DNA of 64,000 nucleotides from Octopus sinensis (lineage: Eukaryota), in assembly GCF_006345805.1 (NCBI RefSeq), contig NC_043003.1, positions 54,808,001 through 54,872,000 on the forward strand. Direction: 5' to 3'. The notes beneath the pieces are model-generated. The model was not told the DNA's origin and did no database searches. It was given only the letters and a program-made list of their open reading frames with translations. Positions 25,040 to 38,263 of the stretch are shown here, piece by piece (positions within the stretch are counted from its first letter, which is position 1; the number at the start of each line of letters is the position of its first letter). Both the position numbers and the translations under genes were made by a program.

Positions 25040-26316
25040 GAGGAGGGGGCTGTGTTAAGTCCGTGTGGGGTGGTAGTTTGTAGGGTGAAGATGGAGCCTG
25101 GAAAGTGGGCGACCATTGTGGGGGGCGAGACCAAACACTGAGATGTCATCTAGGGAATGGCCGGCCGAGCGGAAGTGGCGTGCGACGGGAGAATAAGAGT
25201 GTAGGCGAACGTCCCTCAAGTGTTCAGTGAAACGGTCGGACAACCGGCGTCCCGTCTGTCCTACATACAGCATCCCGCATAGGTTGCATTTAATTGCAAA
25301 AAAATAAGGCCAGACGAGGTGCACGTAAAAGAGTGCCTAATGCGTACAGTATGCAGGTTGGAGCCGGTGACAGCGTGGTGTTGGTGATGAAGGGGCAAGT
25401 GTTGCAGCGGGATCTAGAGCAGGGAATGATCCGTGTGGGGCTGAGGGGGAAGAGAGAGGGTGCTGTGGACCAGGAGGTCACGCAGATTGCGGGCTCGTTT
25501 GAAAGAGGACAGGGGTGGGTTAGGGAAAATGGGGCGGGTGGTGGGATCAGCGGAGGCGACGGAAGGCACGTAGTATCTTGCGACGAAGGGGTAGGGTAGA
25601 GGGTGAAAAGGAGGGGGAAAGGGGTGCGGTTGGGGGGTGGGCGGGGGGAAGGAGACAGGGCGGTAGTGCGGTCGATGCGACGGGCGCGGGTTGAGGGCAT
25701 CAGAGAGGAGTATGGGTGGGTAACCTCGGAGTCTGAACATGCGGCCAGGTATTGAGATTGGGTCTCGAAATCCTTGGTCGCGGCTGCACAAAACTCGGAG
25801 GCAGGAGGAACTGGGAGTAGGGGATGGCTCGTTTGGTGTGGAAGGGGTGGGAGGAAGAGAAGTTGAGATAGAGGTGGAATCCGTAGGTTAAAGAAGGCGG
25901 TAGGTGGTGAGGCGTGGTGGTGAGAGAGCTGGAGGGGTGATCGATGCGGAGAGAGATGTCAAGGAAGTTGACAGAGGTGTTGGAGATGGTGGAGGTGAAT
26001 TGAAGAGAGGGTGAAAGTTGGAAAGGAAAGAGGATGAATTGGCAGAGAAGTTCACGGGAAAGGGAGGTGGCACCTACGCAGTCGTCGATATAGCGACGTA
26101 TAGTTCGGGGGTCGGCCCAGAGAACTGGGAGAACACTTGGGCCTCAATGTAGCCAAGAAAGAGATTGGCGAAATTGGGGCCCATCCTAGTTCCCATCGCG
26201 CCCCGGACATCTGTTGGTTACGTTTCCCCGGCGAACGTGAAGCAATTGAGGGTGAGGACGAGCTCAGCCAACGGAGAAGGGTGGGGGTGCTGGGGGTGGG
26301 GTCGGGACGACGGTCG
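25040..26316 (-). mobile_element. Penelope-like element (Neptune-type), 5'-truncated RT + Cys linker + GIY-YIG endonuclease, frameshifted
   Basis: Minus strand: AMGTRMGPNFANLFLGYIE (RT B'); YIDD at 26081-26092; SSHPFHTKRAIPYSQF; SFKRARNLRDLLVHS; CSRSRCNTCPF linker; IKCNLCGMLYVGQTGRRLSDRFTEH...PVARHF; HGLN end. Confidence 0.9.
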
Positions 26317-26319
26317 AAT

Positions 26320-26698
26320 ATATATATAAAACGGCAGTTTGTCTGTGCGTGTTCTGTGTGTCTGTTTGCTTGTAACCCTCACCCTGACCACGGCTTTTCA
26401 ACCGATTCTGATGAAACTTGACAACACAATAGCCCCAATGTCATAATTCAAAAACTAACGCAGCGAAAATTTGAAAGTTCCTCAGTTCTGAAAAAAATCG
26501 ATAAATTCGACATGGATCGAGAATCAGAAACACAAACCACAGACTGTCTAGGGGACGCAACTCGACCTTTTTTAACTAAAAAAAAATTTACTCATCATTT
26601 TTTCCCATTTTTTTGCTATTTTTTGGCTATAACTCTCTAAAAATGCTTTATAGTTATTTCCCTTACAAACCTGAGCAACGCCGGGCGATACTGCTAGT
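26320..26698 (+). mobile_element. Non-autonomous Helitron/Helentron-like repeat
   Basis: Internal AACCGATTCTGATGAAACTTG motif; the 3' end has a GC hairpin (gagcaacgccggg) followed by CTAG|T. Confidence 0.6.
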
Positions 26699-26868
26699 AT
26701 ATATATATAACAGGAAGCTTTATGAAAATAAACAAAAGACGAAGGCAGTGGAATACAAACAAACAATTGTATTAGTATGGCGCTCAGGAATAAAATAAAA
26801 CAAGAGTCTTTTACGTTTCGAGCCTACGCTCTTCGACGACAGATACACAGGAAAGCAACACGGAGAGA

Positions 26869-26912
<44 letters not shown>

Positions 26913-27018
26913 ACACACAACACAAATACATACAAATAAGTCCTGAGGTCGATTTCTTCGAATAAAGGTTGTGCTCCAGCACAGCCACATCAATGACTGC
27001 CGAATAAAAAGGATAAAA

Positions 27019-27092
<74 letters not shown>

Positions 27093-27116
27093 AAAGAGAT
27101 AGAGATAGAGAGATAG

Positions 27117-27182
<66 letters not shown>

Positions 27183-29394
27183 AAAATGAGAGAAACAGAA
27201 AATGAATTCACAAGATTCTGTATTAATCCCAACGAGCACTTCAATATGTATGCGCACGCGCGTATGTGTGTATCAAGTATTTCAATACTTCGGTAGAAAT
27301 ACCTGCTAGGAAGAATATATATATTTATAGATATATGCGCTTAAATGTATCTATGTATCTACACATGCCCGTGTGTATTGAGTGCGAAATCTACTTCATT
27401 TGATTTACCTATATATGCATCTACGCTGTTATGTGAGGTCGTTCATATATCATTGTATGTACACGTAAGGAAATGTGATTGTATATGATTCGAATTATAT
27501 ATACAAGGTAAAGTGTAATCTATCTTCGGAAACACTTCCATATTTTATGTCTCCAACAGCGGTTATATTCGCTATTTTCTTCCTGCATCTCTATGGAAAT
27601 ACATGTATACCTAAATATTTATCACAGAGACAGACACACACACAGACACACACACAGAGACACACTCACACACACACACATATATATATATGTATGCATA
27701 TGAATGTGTGTATGTGTATGTGTATGTGGGCATGTACATATATATATATATATATATATATTAATATATATATATATATATATATATATACGTTTTTATC
27801 AATTTGTGTTGCAAGATTGGTAAATTGGTAATGTGAACTCGAGTTTTGAAATAGATATTGTTGTATTTCGAAATGGCCATTTTCTATTTGCTAAATAAAG
27901 ACACGTACTCTATCGTTTACTACCGTTCTTTTTCTAACTCATGTCCATTGTCCAGAAATATTTCGTCGCACATCTGTGACCTCCTCACCAACACTTTCCG
28001 TCTTCGTGTGTGCTCTTGCTCTGCTTATTCCGTTCTGTTCTTCTTTGAAGTATATCCATATATGCGCATGCGACTGCGTGTGTGTTTGTTTTCAAGTGTG
28101 TGTGTGTGTTTGTGTGATGTGTTTGCGCGTGTGTGTGCGTGATTGTTCTTAGTTGCACTATGATCCTCCCTTTATACCCATCTCCTACCCTGTTGCCGCT
28201 CCTGCTGCCCTTGAACCCGACTTTCTGTGAAAGAAGCCCGTCGTTTATATGTACACAACTAAAACATAATATGTGCTAAGGGTATACTCTTTCCCTCTCT
28301 AATGAGATTAAGCTCAGAAATATGATTTTGATATTTTTAAATTCCACTGTGCTTAACTGAGACAGCTGTAGAGATAACGATCGATTTTTGTTACTCAATT
28401 ATCTTTTTATTTGTTTCAGTTATTTGACTGCGGTCATGTCGGAGCACCGCCTTTAGTCGAACAAATAGACCCCAGACCTTATTTCTTCTAATCCTTGTAC
28501 TGTATCGGGATCTCTTGGCGAACCGCACTAATTTACGGGGATGTAAACACACCATCATCGGTTGCCAAGCGAATGTGGGGGAACAAAGTGACACACACAC
28601 ACAACCACACACACACACACATATATATATAGGTATATACATTAAAGTGTATGTATGTTTTTATGCATCTCTGCTTGTGTGTGACTGTGTCTATGTTTGT
28701 CTCGCCCACCGTAACTTGACAACCGATGTTGTGGGGTCTACGTTCCCGTAATCTAACTGTTCATCAAAACTGACCGATGGAATAAATATTAGGCTTAAAA
28801 TGAGTCTGAGAACGAAATGTTCGATAAAAACTCTTCATCGTGGCACTCCAGCTTGGCAGCAGACAAATGACAATTGAAAGAACAAAAGAATAGAAAAATA
28901 TATATGGAAGACAAACAGAAGACGTGTAATTCTTCATTAGTTATCGATCAATTGATAATATGCAGTTGAGCAGTTTTAACGATAAGACTGAGCGCTTCCC
29001 AATTGTCGGTGCCCGCAAAAACAAAAAAGAAAAAAAAGGCTTTCTTGCAGAGAATTAGGGACAAGAGTAAAGAAAACAAAACTAACCAGGCAAAACGACA
29101 CAGTGTGTGATTTAGGACGGTTGACGAGGACGAACATTCGAATAAAACGCAGCCTTGGGGACCAATGAGACGAGAATAGTGGGTAGCGCTTAGAAAATGT
29201 CTTTTGCCGAAACGCCCAAGCTACGAGAATGTAAACACACTAACATCAGTGTCAAACGATGCCGGGGAAGGGGGACACAAACACACACACACACATACAT
29301 ACATACATACATACATACATACATACATACATACATACATACGTACATAAATACATAAATACATACATACATATATATATATACACACACACGC

Positions 29395-29448
<54 letters not shown>

Positions 29449-29882
29449 ATATATATATATATATTAGATCGGTATTTAAATAACGATTTTTATCCTTATT
29501 TATATAAATTTATATATTTATTCGTCATTATATTCACTGCCATGCTATTTTGACCATATCGCACGAGGAGTTTTAAGCGGGCAATTTAAGCTGGTGTTGT
29601 GCATACGTGCATTTATACGTATGTATACGTTCGTATATGTAAGTATTCGTATGTTGTATATATATATATGTATTTATGTGCTATCTGAGTATATTTCCCT
29701 GATGAAGGCAGAGCATTTCTAACGCAGAGTCAGAAAACCGGGATCTGGAATTATTCAGTTTCATTTTTTTTCTAGTTTATTTTGTTTAATTTGGTTTTAG
29801 AGTCAAGTTTTGGCTGCTATTTCCAGCGTAGTGGTGTCTCTTAGATACCCTAAATCATATATATATATATACCTACATAATA

Positions 29883-29927
<45 letters not shown>

Positions 29928-30024
29928 GTTGTGTGTGTGTGTGTATATATATGTATATGTTTATACATTCATACATACGTACAATCATGCATACATGCAT
30001 ATATAATATATAGATAGATATATA

Positions 30025-30062
<38 letters not shown>

Positions 30063-30664
30063 TGAGTGTGTGAGTGTGTGTATATAGATATATATGGATA
30101 TATATATATATATATGGATATGTATATACAAACACACACCCATATACATACACCCAATTAGTGATAAAATTTTATAGTAACTAAGGTATTGCTAATCGGT
30201 AAGTATTGCTCAGATGAATCTAAATCTTAAGTCACGTCTTGATTAGGACTAACAGAACGATAGAATTTGAGTGGATACAGCTGCAGAATGACAGCAAACG
30301 ACAACAGGCGTAAGGGATATATTCATAAGAGTAGTTGAAAAGTTGCATAAGAAGTTTATTTGATATAAAGTCTTATATGTACAGATGGTTCAAACAACGA
30401 TAAGTGATTGACACAACAATGCGTATTATGCGAGGTGATGTATCACTTGGGTTATAATGAAGGTACATATAAAAGCAAAACAAAGTAGCATCTGGCATGG
30501 AATTCGTACACAAAAATCAAGAGATCTTCAGAATCCGAGAAAGCAATTGTCAGTCCCTCTCCTTACATACCTCAACATATTCATGTAAATACAGATACAC
30601 ACATATACACATACATACATGCATATATATATATATATATATGAATACATACATACATACGTAC

Positions 30665-30727
<63 letters not shown>

Positions 30728-30729
<2 letters not shown>

Positions 30730-31060
30730 ATATAAAGGATATTAGCCAACTGAATATGGCTAGGGACAGGCAGGGTGGTGGGGGTGTCACTGTTGCATTT
30801 AGCCCCAGGCGAACATCAACGTCACCAGATAGGCCGACGCCATCACGGCGTCCTCTTCTTGCAAAGGGAGATCATTCACCCAGAAGCGGGTGGTATCCGC
30901 TTCTTGGCGAATGATCTCCCTTTGCAAGATAGAGGACGCCGTGATGGCGTCGGCCTATCTGGTGACGTTGATGTTCGCCTGGGGCTAAATGCAACAGTGA
31001 CACCCCCACCACCCTGCCCTGTCCCTAGCCATATTCAGTTGGCTAATATCCTTTATATTA
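30728..31060. mobile_element. 333-bp near-perfect palindromic element (MITE/fold-back)
   Basis: TAATATAAAGGATATTAGCC...GGCTAATATCCTTTATATTA. The ~150-bp arms differ by 2 single-base indels, and the central spacer is itself a hairpin. Confidence 0.9.
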
Positions 31061-31314
31061 TGGAGCAGTCACTGTCTATATCTCATTTAGAGAATTATTA
31101 TTGCTATATATATGTATATATATATATAAGTAGACAAAATATACAACAAGGCACCAATATTTACTGGAAAATAGCAATCGATATAAATACGACACTATTG
31201 TATAGCTTCACTGCGTATTTACTAGCAAAGACGTGTGTGTGCAACAAACATGAAAAAAATGGTCTTACATCTAGGAAGAACATTCGATAAATGGACAACA
31301 TTGTATCGGATAAT

Positions 31315-31384
31315 GGAGGACCGGTTTCTAACTCTTCAAATACGTTTGACAACGTAAATTTGATTAGTCTTCATCAGCTGCCTC
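31315..31384 (-). ncRNA. Type I hammerhead ribozyme, near-intact
   Basis: Minus strand: GAGGCAG-CTGATGA-A-GACT..hairpin..AGTT-A-GAA-ACCGGT-C-CTCC. Intact core, palindromic helix III, GUC triplet; helix I is imperfect. Confidence 0.65.
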
Positions 31385-32341
31385 TACCTAGACAAAATTT
31401 CAAATGTTGCCACATCAATGCTAGTGCACTCGTCTGAACCTCAAAACATATATATGTATATATATATAATTTAGGTAAATAAGCAAAAGCTTTACTCTTT
31501 TGTGAAGATTTTGCTGCTTTAATAAACCATGTTACTCTACCTTAGGTATTCGAGTACTATTTTTCCCCACCTTCTTTAGCATTCACGTGTGTGTGTGTGT
31601 GTGTCTGCATCTTGGTGGATATTACCTTTTCTTTATCAGTAGGATCAAGAAAAACGTTCTCCGTCCAGTGAGAGAATACTACCAATTGATATACACATTA
31701 TTTAAATATGAACTAATTATGCAAACATAATAATTCGGCATACAATCTGAGACTCTACAACAAGCGGAGTCATATCACTAGCCACTTTTATCACTGATTT
31801 TATTAATATCTAATTCGCTGGGTGAGTGTTTGTGCCCCAAAACACGCGTTTGCTTTTGCTTGTTTCTTCGTGAAAGTTTGTACGAGCGAGTGTACGAACG
31901 CTAAACAACGGAAGCAAGAGCTTTTGTACATTCATATCTGCTCACAGTTATATCTTCTTTTTTCCTGTATTATGTATTTGTTTCTTTCTGCAACTGATGG
32001 TTGTAATTGATCTATTATAATGAAGCTGCATGCCGTAATTGGCTGCTTTTTTATGCACATACCAAGAAGAAACCTTGCGAAACAGACCTCATTTTGACGA
32101 GATGCATCTTTTAATCTACTTAGGAGACACATCTTCACCGACGGATACACTAAAACAGATGTTCAGTATCGCACCCGTGTGGAATTGATGTTAGATATGT
32201 CGAAACAAGTGTAATGACCAATAAACACACTTGTATATTCCATTTCTCTCATTAATAAAAATCCCACCGTACACTGGGAAAGTGAACGTGCTTTACTGGC
32301 AAACTGTCAGATGTATACCATCCGATTTATTAGTAATAATA

Positions 32342-32900
32342 TACGGGGGAATACTCAAAAGAAACCGGAATTTTGCAAATTAATTTTATTCACCTAGTTT
32401 TACATATTTACACTTTTATCGCCTTCAAAGTATTCTCCATTTGAAAAAATGCATCAGTCTAGACTCGTTTTCCCCTGTTCGAAGAAGTGTTAGAACTCTG
32501 GCGTGATGCATTTTACCTCCTCCATAGTGTTTGTCTTAACCTCTTCCACATCTGCAAATTCCATACTACCAGCTATCGTCACCAGTGATGTCCTTCGAAA
32601 AAAGGACCGGATGAATTTCCAAATCTTTCAGTTCACGACACTCATTCAATCATAACTGCTTTTGATCTTCCATGAGCAAACGAGGCACCAGTTTTGTTAC
32701 AACTCCTTTCATTCACAATTCCACGCTCAAATTTCGTTGGCAGGAGCACAAGTACACATCAGTCATATCAACAAATTCGTCAATTGTTCGATGATGGTCA
32801 TCAAAAATAGGTTCATGCATTTTCACGATGTTTTCATTCGTTCGGGAGGTCGATGGACGCTTTGAACAATGCTGGTGTTCAAGGAACAAAATGATCATTC
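32342..32900 (-). mobile_element. Internally deleted mariner transposon
   Basis: TIR-like TACGGGGGAATACTCAAAAGAAACCGGAATTT at 32342. Minus-strand peptides RPSTSRTNENIVK (HTH region) and CIFSNGEYFEGDK (mariner C-terminus). Confidence 0.8.
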
Positions 32901-33083
32901 CTAACGCGGGAAAACTAGTGGTTGTGATTTGCTCATGGCAGCGTTCTTGTAAGCTGTTAGAAGCATTAAACAGAATTTCAAGGAAGCTCGCAGTTCCATC
33001 ATGTCAGGACCTTGAGAATCGACAGCCAGGGGAAAAAAAACACTACAAGCAAAGATTGCAACACATATCGTGTATATATATAT

Positions 33084-33114
<31 letters not shown>

Positions 33115-33158
33115 CATATACATATATATATATATATATAACCTATATATATATATAC

Positions 33159-33201
<43 letters not shown>

Positions 33202-33704
33202 TATATATATATATATGTGTGTGTGTGTGTTATATATATATTTATATATTTGTATATATATATATGTATATATATATGTGTGTTATATATATGTATATTA
33301 TAAACATATGTATTTACACATATACATGTGTATCTCTCTCTTTCTCTTTCTCTCTCTCTAAATATATATACAGAGAGAGAAAGTGAGAGAGAGAGAGAGA
33401 TCAGTTGTACGATTCGTTAGGATCAAGGTATATCAACATGCAGCGCGCGAGAAATGGATTAACACATACTATTGACCTTACTGTACGTTGAAGCAGCTCC
33501 TATGTGTGATTTGTTGGTAGTACGCTGTGTATATAAGCACACACACATATGCATCTATCTCGCTATATAAAATATACACATAGAGTGATACCTACTCTTC
33601 GCTTTTTAGCACTAAATGTATGTTTTTGTGTTCGGACAGCATCTACAAAGGATCAGCGAACACAAAAACATACATTTAGTGCTAAAAAGCGAAGAGTAGG
33701 TAGA

Positions 33705-33990
33705 TGCTTTGTAGATGCTGTCCGAAGGTTGTCTGTTTCATCAATGTAATCAACGCCATTGACTCTACATTGGCTAACGCGTTGAGAGTTTCCTCTCAAG
33801 TTCCGGTGACCAGTAAATTTCGCGAGGGTCATTCGATCTCTTCATGACAACAAGGAATTATTAGTTTATGTCAATGATGAACAACCAGAGCACATCTGAG
33901 TTGAATCTAGTGTTCAACAGGGTGATATCTTAGCTCCTCCATTGATCGCCATCACCTTTGCTTTTGTTATCTGCAAGCCTTTACGTACAA
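33705..33990 (+). pseudogene. RTE-type LINE reverse transcriptase fragment (duplicate at ~34905-35190)
   Basis: Translation VIRSLHDNKELLVYVNDEQPEHI*VESSVQQGDILAPPL matches the RT motif B' region. Confidence 0.7.
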
Positions 33991-34142
33991 ATTGCGTCTG
34001 TCATCATTCGTTACTGTGCAACAATACTTTTTCCAGCGTCCACTGTCGCTGATATTGAAAAAGTGAAATCAAACAATGGGACGCTGGAAAAAGTATAAGT
34101 ATTTGTGAAGGAAATCTAATTCTCGCCGACAACTATGATTGT

Positions 34143-34186
34143 CACACGCTGACGAGAGTCAATACCTCGAAACTCGAGTCCGTGTG
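34143..34186 (+). ncRNA. Type I hammerhead ribozyme (duplicate at 35347-35390)
   Basis: Two-copy consensus CACACG-CTGACGA-GAGGT caat ACCTC-GAA-ACTCGAGT-C-CGTGTG. Each copy lacks a different single base. Confidence 0.85.
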
Positions 34187-36833
34187 TATCATAGTTGAAG
34201 ACGGGAAGGATGACTTCCCTTTGCAATACTGACAGGACACAGAAAGTGTGTCTATGGCCAGCTGGAGGAGTGTGTCCTCCTGGGGCTAAAAACTACAGTA
34301 GCATCCACCCTTAGGGGTAGCCATATTGAGATGGCAAATATACGTCATTATATATATATATATATATATCTGTTTCTCTCTGTCTCTCTCTGTATATATA
34401 TTTATATATACATATATGAGTGTGTGTGTATATATATATTTATATATATTTGTTAATATATATATGTATATATATATGTGTGTATATATATATGTATATA
34501 TATATAACATATGTATATTTACACATATACATGTGTATCTCTCTTTCTTTCTCTCTCTAAATATATATACAGAGAGAGAAAGTGAGAGAGAGAGAGAGAT
34601 CAGTTGTACGATTCGTTAGGATCAAGGTATATCAACATGCAGCGCGCGAGAAATGGATTAACACATACTATTGACCTTACTGTACGTTGAAGCAGCTCCT
34701 ATGTGTGATTTGTTGGTAGTACGCTGTGTATATAAGCACACACACATATGCATCTATCTCGCTATATAAAATATACACATAGAGTGATACCTACTCTTCG
34801 CTTTTTAGCACTAAATGTATGTTTTTGTGTTCGGACAGCATCTACAAAGGATCAGCGAACACAAAAACATACATTTAGTGCTAAAAAGCGAAGAGTAGGT
34901 AGATGCTTTGTAGATGCTGTCCGAAGGTTGTGCTTTTCATCAATGTAATCAACGCCATTGACTCTACATTGGCTAACGCGTTGAGAGTTTCCTCTCAAGT
35001 CCGGTGACCAGTAAATTTCGCGAGGGTCATTCGATCTCTTCATGACAACAAGGAATTATTAGTTTATGTCAATGATGAACAACCAGAGCACATCTGAGTT
35101 GAATCTAGTGTTCAACAGGGGGTGATATCTTAGCTCCTCCATTGATCGCCATCACCTTTGCTTTTGTTATCTGCAAGCCTTTACGTACAAATTGCGTCTG
35201 TCTGTCACATTCGTTACTGTGCAACAATACTTTTCCAGCGTCCACTGTCGCTGATATTGAAAAAGTGAAATCAAACAATGGGACGCTGGGGAAAAAGTAT
35301 AAGTATTTGTGAAGGAAATCTAATTCTCGCCGACAACTATGATTGTCAACGCTGACGAGAGGTCAATACCTCGAAACTCGAGTCCGTGTGTATCATAAGT
35401 TGAAGACGGGAAGGATGACTTCCCTTTGCAAATACTGACAGGACACAGAAAGTGTGTCTATGGCCAGCTGGAGGAGTGTGTCCTCCTGGGGCTAAAAACT
35501 ACAGTAGCATCCACCCTTAGGGGTAGCCATATTGAGATGGCAAATATACGTCATTATATATATAATATATATATATCTGTTTCTCTCTGTCTCTCTCTGT
35601 ATATATATTTATATATACATATATGAGTGTGTGTGTATATAAATATATGTACGTATGTATATGTGTATCTATCTATCTATATATAGTGAAGGATAGAAAA
35701 TCAGAAATATATATCACACACGCACATACACACACACACTATACATAGACAAATGCTAATACACACACATCCACACGCACAAATACACAGACATTCATAT
35801 GTGTGCATCAGCATGTCTATGATAAATATAATCATATTATCATCATTATTGTATGCTATTGTATTTTATTGCAGCACCGTGGGCTATTGTTGTCAGTAAA
35901 TTGATACCTATTAAATTTAGTTCTGTTCATTGTTTAATATAGTGGCAGATTAATGTGAATAATGCATTGTAGTGTTTGTTTAATGAAGAATTAACTGATG
36001 CAGCTGCTTATATATAGCGATATTTTATAGACGAGCCAATGAGAACCTATTTCTGAGGTCAATCGAACTGCTACAAATAGCAGCAATATCTTACTTGAAT
36101 CGCATCATGTTGTCTTAAAAATTGAATACTCATGATCAATAATGGCGGTTTAGGTTCAATATGAATGTTAAAAAATGGAGAAGAACAGAAATCGATGGAA
36201 CATATTTTAATCAAAACGTCTGCCTGATTACTTTTGCCTTATCATTGAAGATTACTGTGTTAATCTAAAATCAAATCTAATCAACATACGCTATGGAACG
36301 TAACACGTTAGCTAGAAATAGCTGCCAAACATTCTGAAATTTGCAGTTACCGATACTTTTCTAGTTTATCTTTTACATATCTCCGTTATTGGGCTGCAGC
36401 CATGTTGGGGTATCGTCCCATGTCTAAATCGGGTATTTATTATACTGCTCCTCTTTGTCGAACTGCTACGTAACAGGGACGTATACAAAATGACAACAGT
36501 TGACAAGTGTTGATGCAGTGCCTACAGCAGTTGCTACCACCAACACCACAACCCCTACGACTGGCGCTCCCGCTACTGGCGCTTCCGCAACTGGCGCTCC
36601 CGCTGCTGGCGCTGCCGCTACTGACGCTCCCGCTACAGGCGCTCCCGCTATCGGTGATGCTGCTGCTGTCACTGCCGCCACTGTCACCGCTGCCACCGCT
36701 GCTGCCACCGCGGCTTCCGTTACTACCGTCCCCCGCTGCCACCGCTGCTGCTACTGCCCCTGGTCGTTGTCGTTGTCGTCCTCGACGCTCTTCCCCCCTC
36801 CTCCTCCTCCTCCTCCTCCTCCTCCTCCTCCTC

Positions 36834-36952
<119 letters not shown>

Positions 36953-36989
36953 AAATTCAGTCACACATTCCATAGCCTCTGTTAATTCA

Positions 36990-37140
36990 ATATCGAAGTC
37001 CTGTTACCAATTTTCTACCTCTACACTTCCCATATTGATTTCTCATCATTTGGGACTGTCAAGTCAAGTAACAGGCACCTTCTATTCTCTTTGTCTAATA
37101 CCTCAGAGAAGTCGCGTTGCCTGTTTGTTAGGGTGATGGG
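36990..37140 (-). pseudogene. Restriction-like endonuclease fragment of an R4/Dong-like LINE
   Basis: Minus strand TNRQRDFSEVLDKENRRCLLLDLTVPNDEK...RLWNV resembles the NRPD..V.DK..R.CLLID.TVP.D signature; decayed. Confidence 0.55.
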
Positions 37141-38211
37141 ATGTCATAAGATCGATGGTTCACTTACCGGCCCGGGTATGTCTTCGAACAAAATACTTTA
37201 TTTCGCCTTGCACCAGTCTATTCGGGGCTAAGCTAGCATAGTCAAAGTCGGCTGCAACAATCTGGTTACTGCGCCACACTGGAGTGGAACTATCCTAATT
37301 ATCCTGCAGAACCCACTTTATGCTTATGCAAGAAGGGGACAACGTCGTCACATATCGACAACTTGATCGTAGACACAGGTCTGAATTTTACCAAGGACCT
37401 ATAGGCAGTGATAATGGCCCAAGAAGTGCAGCGTGCGAACTTTGGTGCTCCGTCCTGGGTTGCAACCCTGTCATAATAATAAAATAATTAACGCAAGCTT
37501 ACTGCTGGAGTAACCTCGATGTTACGCTGTTACAAGTACGTGTGGGCTAAAATGTTATCTTTATCTGCCGAGGAAGAAATACGTAGACGCCTGAAGCGGT
37601 TAATATAAGCACGGTATGTGCCACTAGGTCACACTTTTTGCGAGCCAGTGGCAGTTAAACTTATAGCAGACAAAAGATGTGATGCATTCGTGATTCTTGT
37701 TCAGGACTTCTGAGACAATTAGAAAGAAAGGAAACAACTAATCATACTCCGAGTATCTGATCTTAATGCTTATGCCAGAAAAACGGCTACAAGCGATACA
37801 GGGTATGGTGTTTAAACAGGGCAATTGATGAAGTCAATTAACGAAGAGCAAGAGTACTGTATATATTTTTACTCTTTTGCTTGTCTCAGCTTTTGATGGC
37901 GGCCATGTTGGGAGACAACGTTGGAGCACAAGTCGACCCCAAAACTTGTTCTTTGTAAGGCAGGTACTTATTCTATCGTCCATTTTGCCGAAAACCTAAG
38001 TTACTGGGACGTAAACACACTAACACCTTTTGTCAAACGATGGTGGTGGGGACATACACAAACACAAATATATACATATATACACACACACATCCAATCA
38101 TAAGGCTTTGGTAGGCCAGAGGCTATTGTAGAAAACACTTGTCTAAGGTGAAACCGGTACCATATGGTTGGGAAGCAAACTTCTTACCACACATCCACGC
38201 TTGTGCTATAT

Positions 38212-38263
<52 letters not shown>

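Larger units (their letters stand above)
33215..35640. repeat. Direct tandem duplication, ~1199-bp period
   Basis: The ORFs at 33549 and 34748 are nearly identical; the copies differ mainly by single-base indels. Confidence 0.9.

Noticed and set aside
26408-26420. CTGATGAAAC as an HHR core
   Set aside because: It is part of the Helitron-like repeat, with no helix II or III.
30775-31290. 171-aa ORF
   Set aside because: It runs through the palindrome and a microsatellite, with no protein signature.
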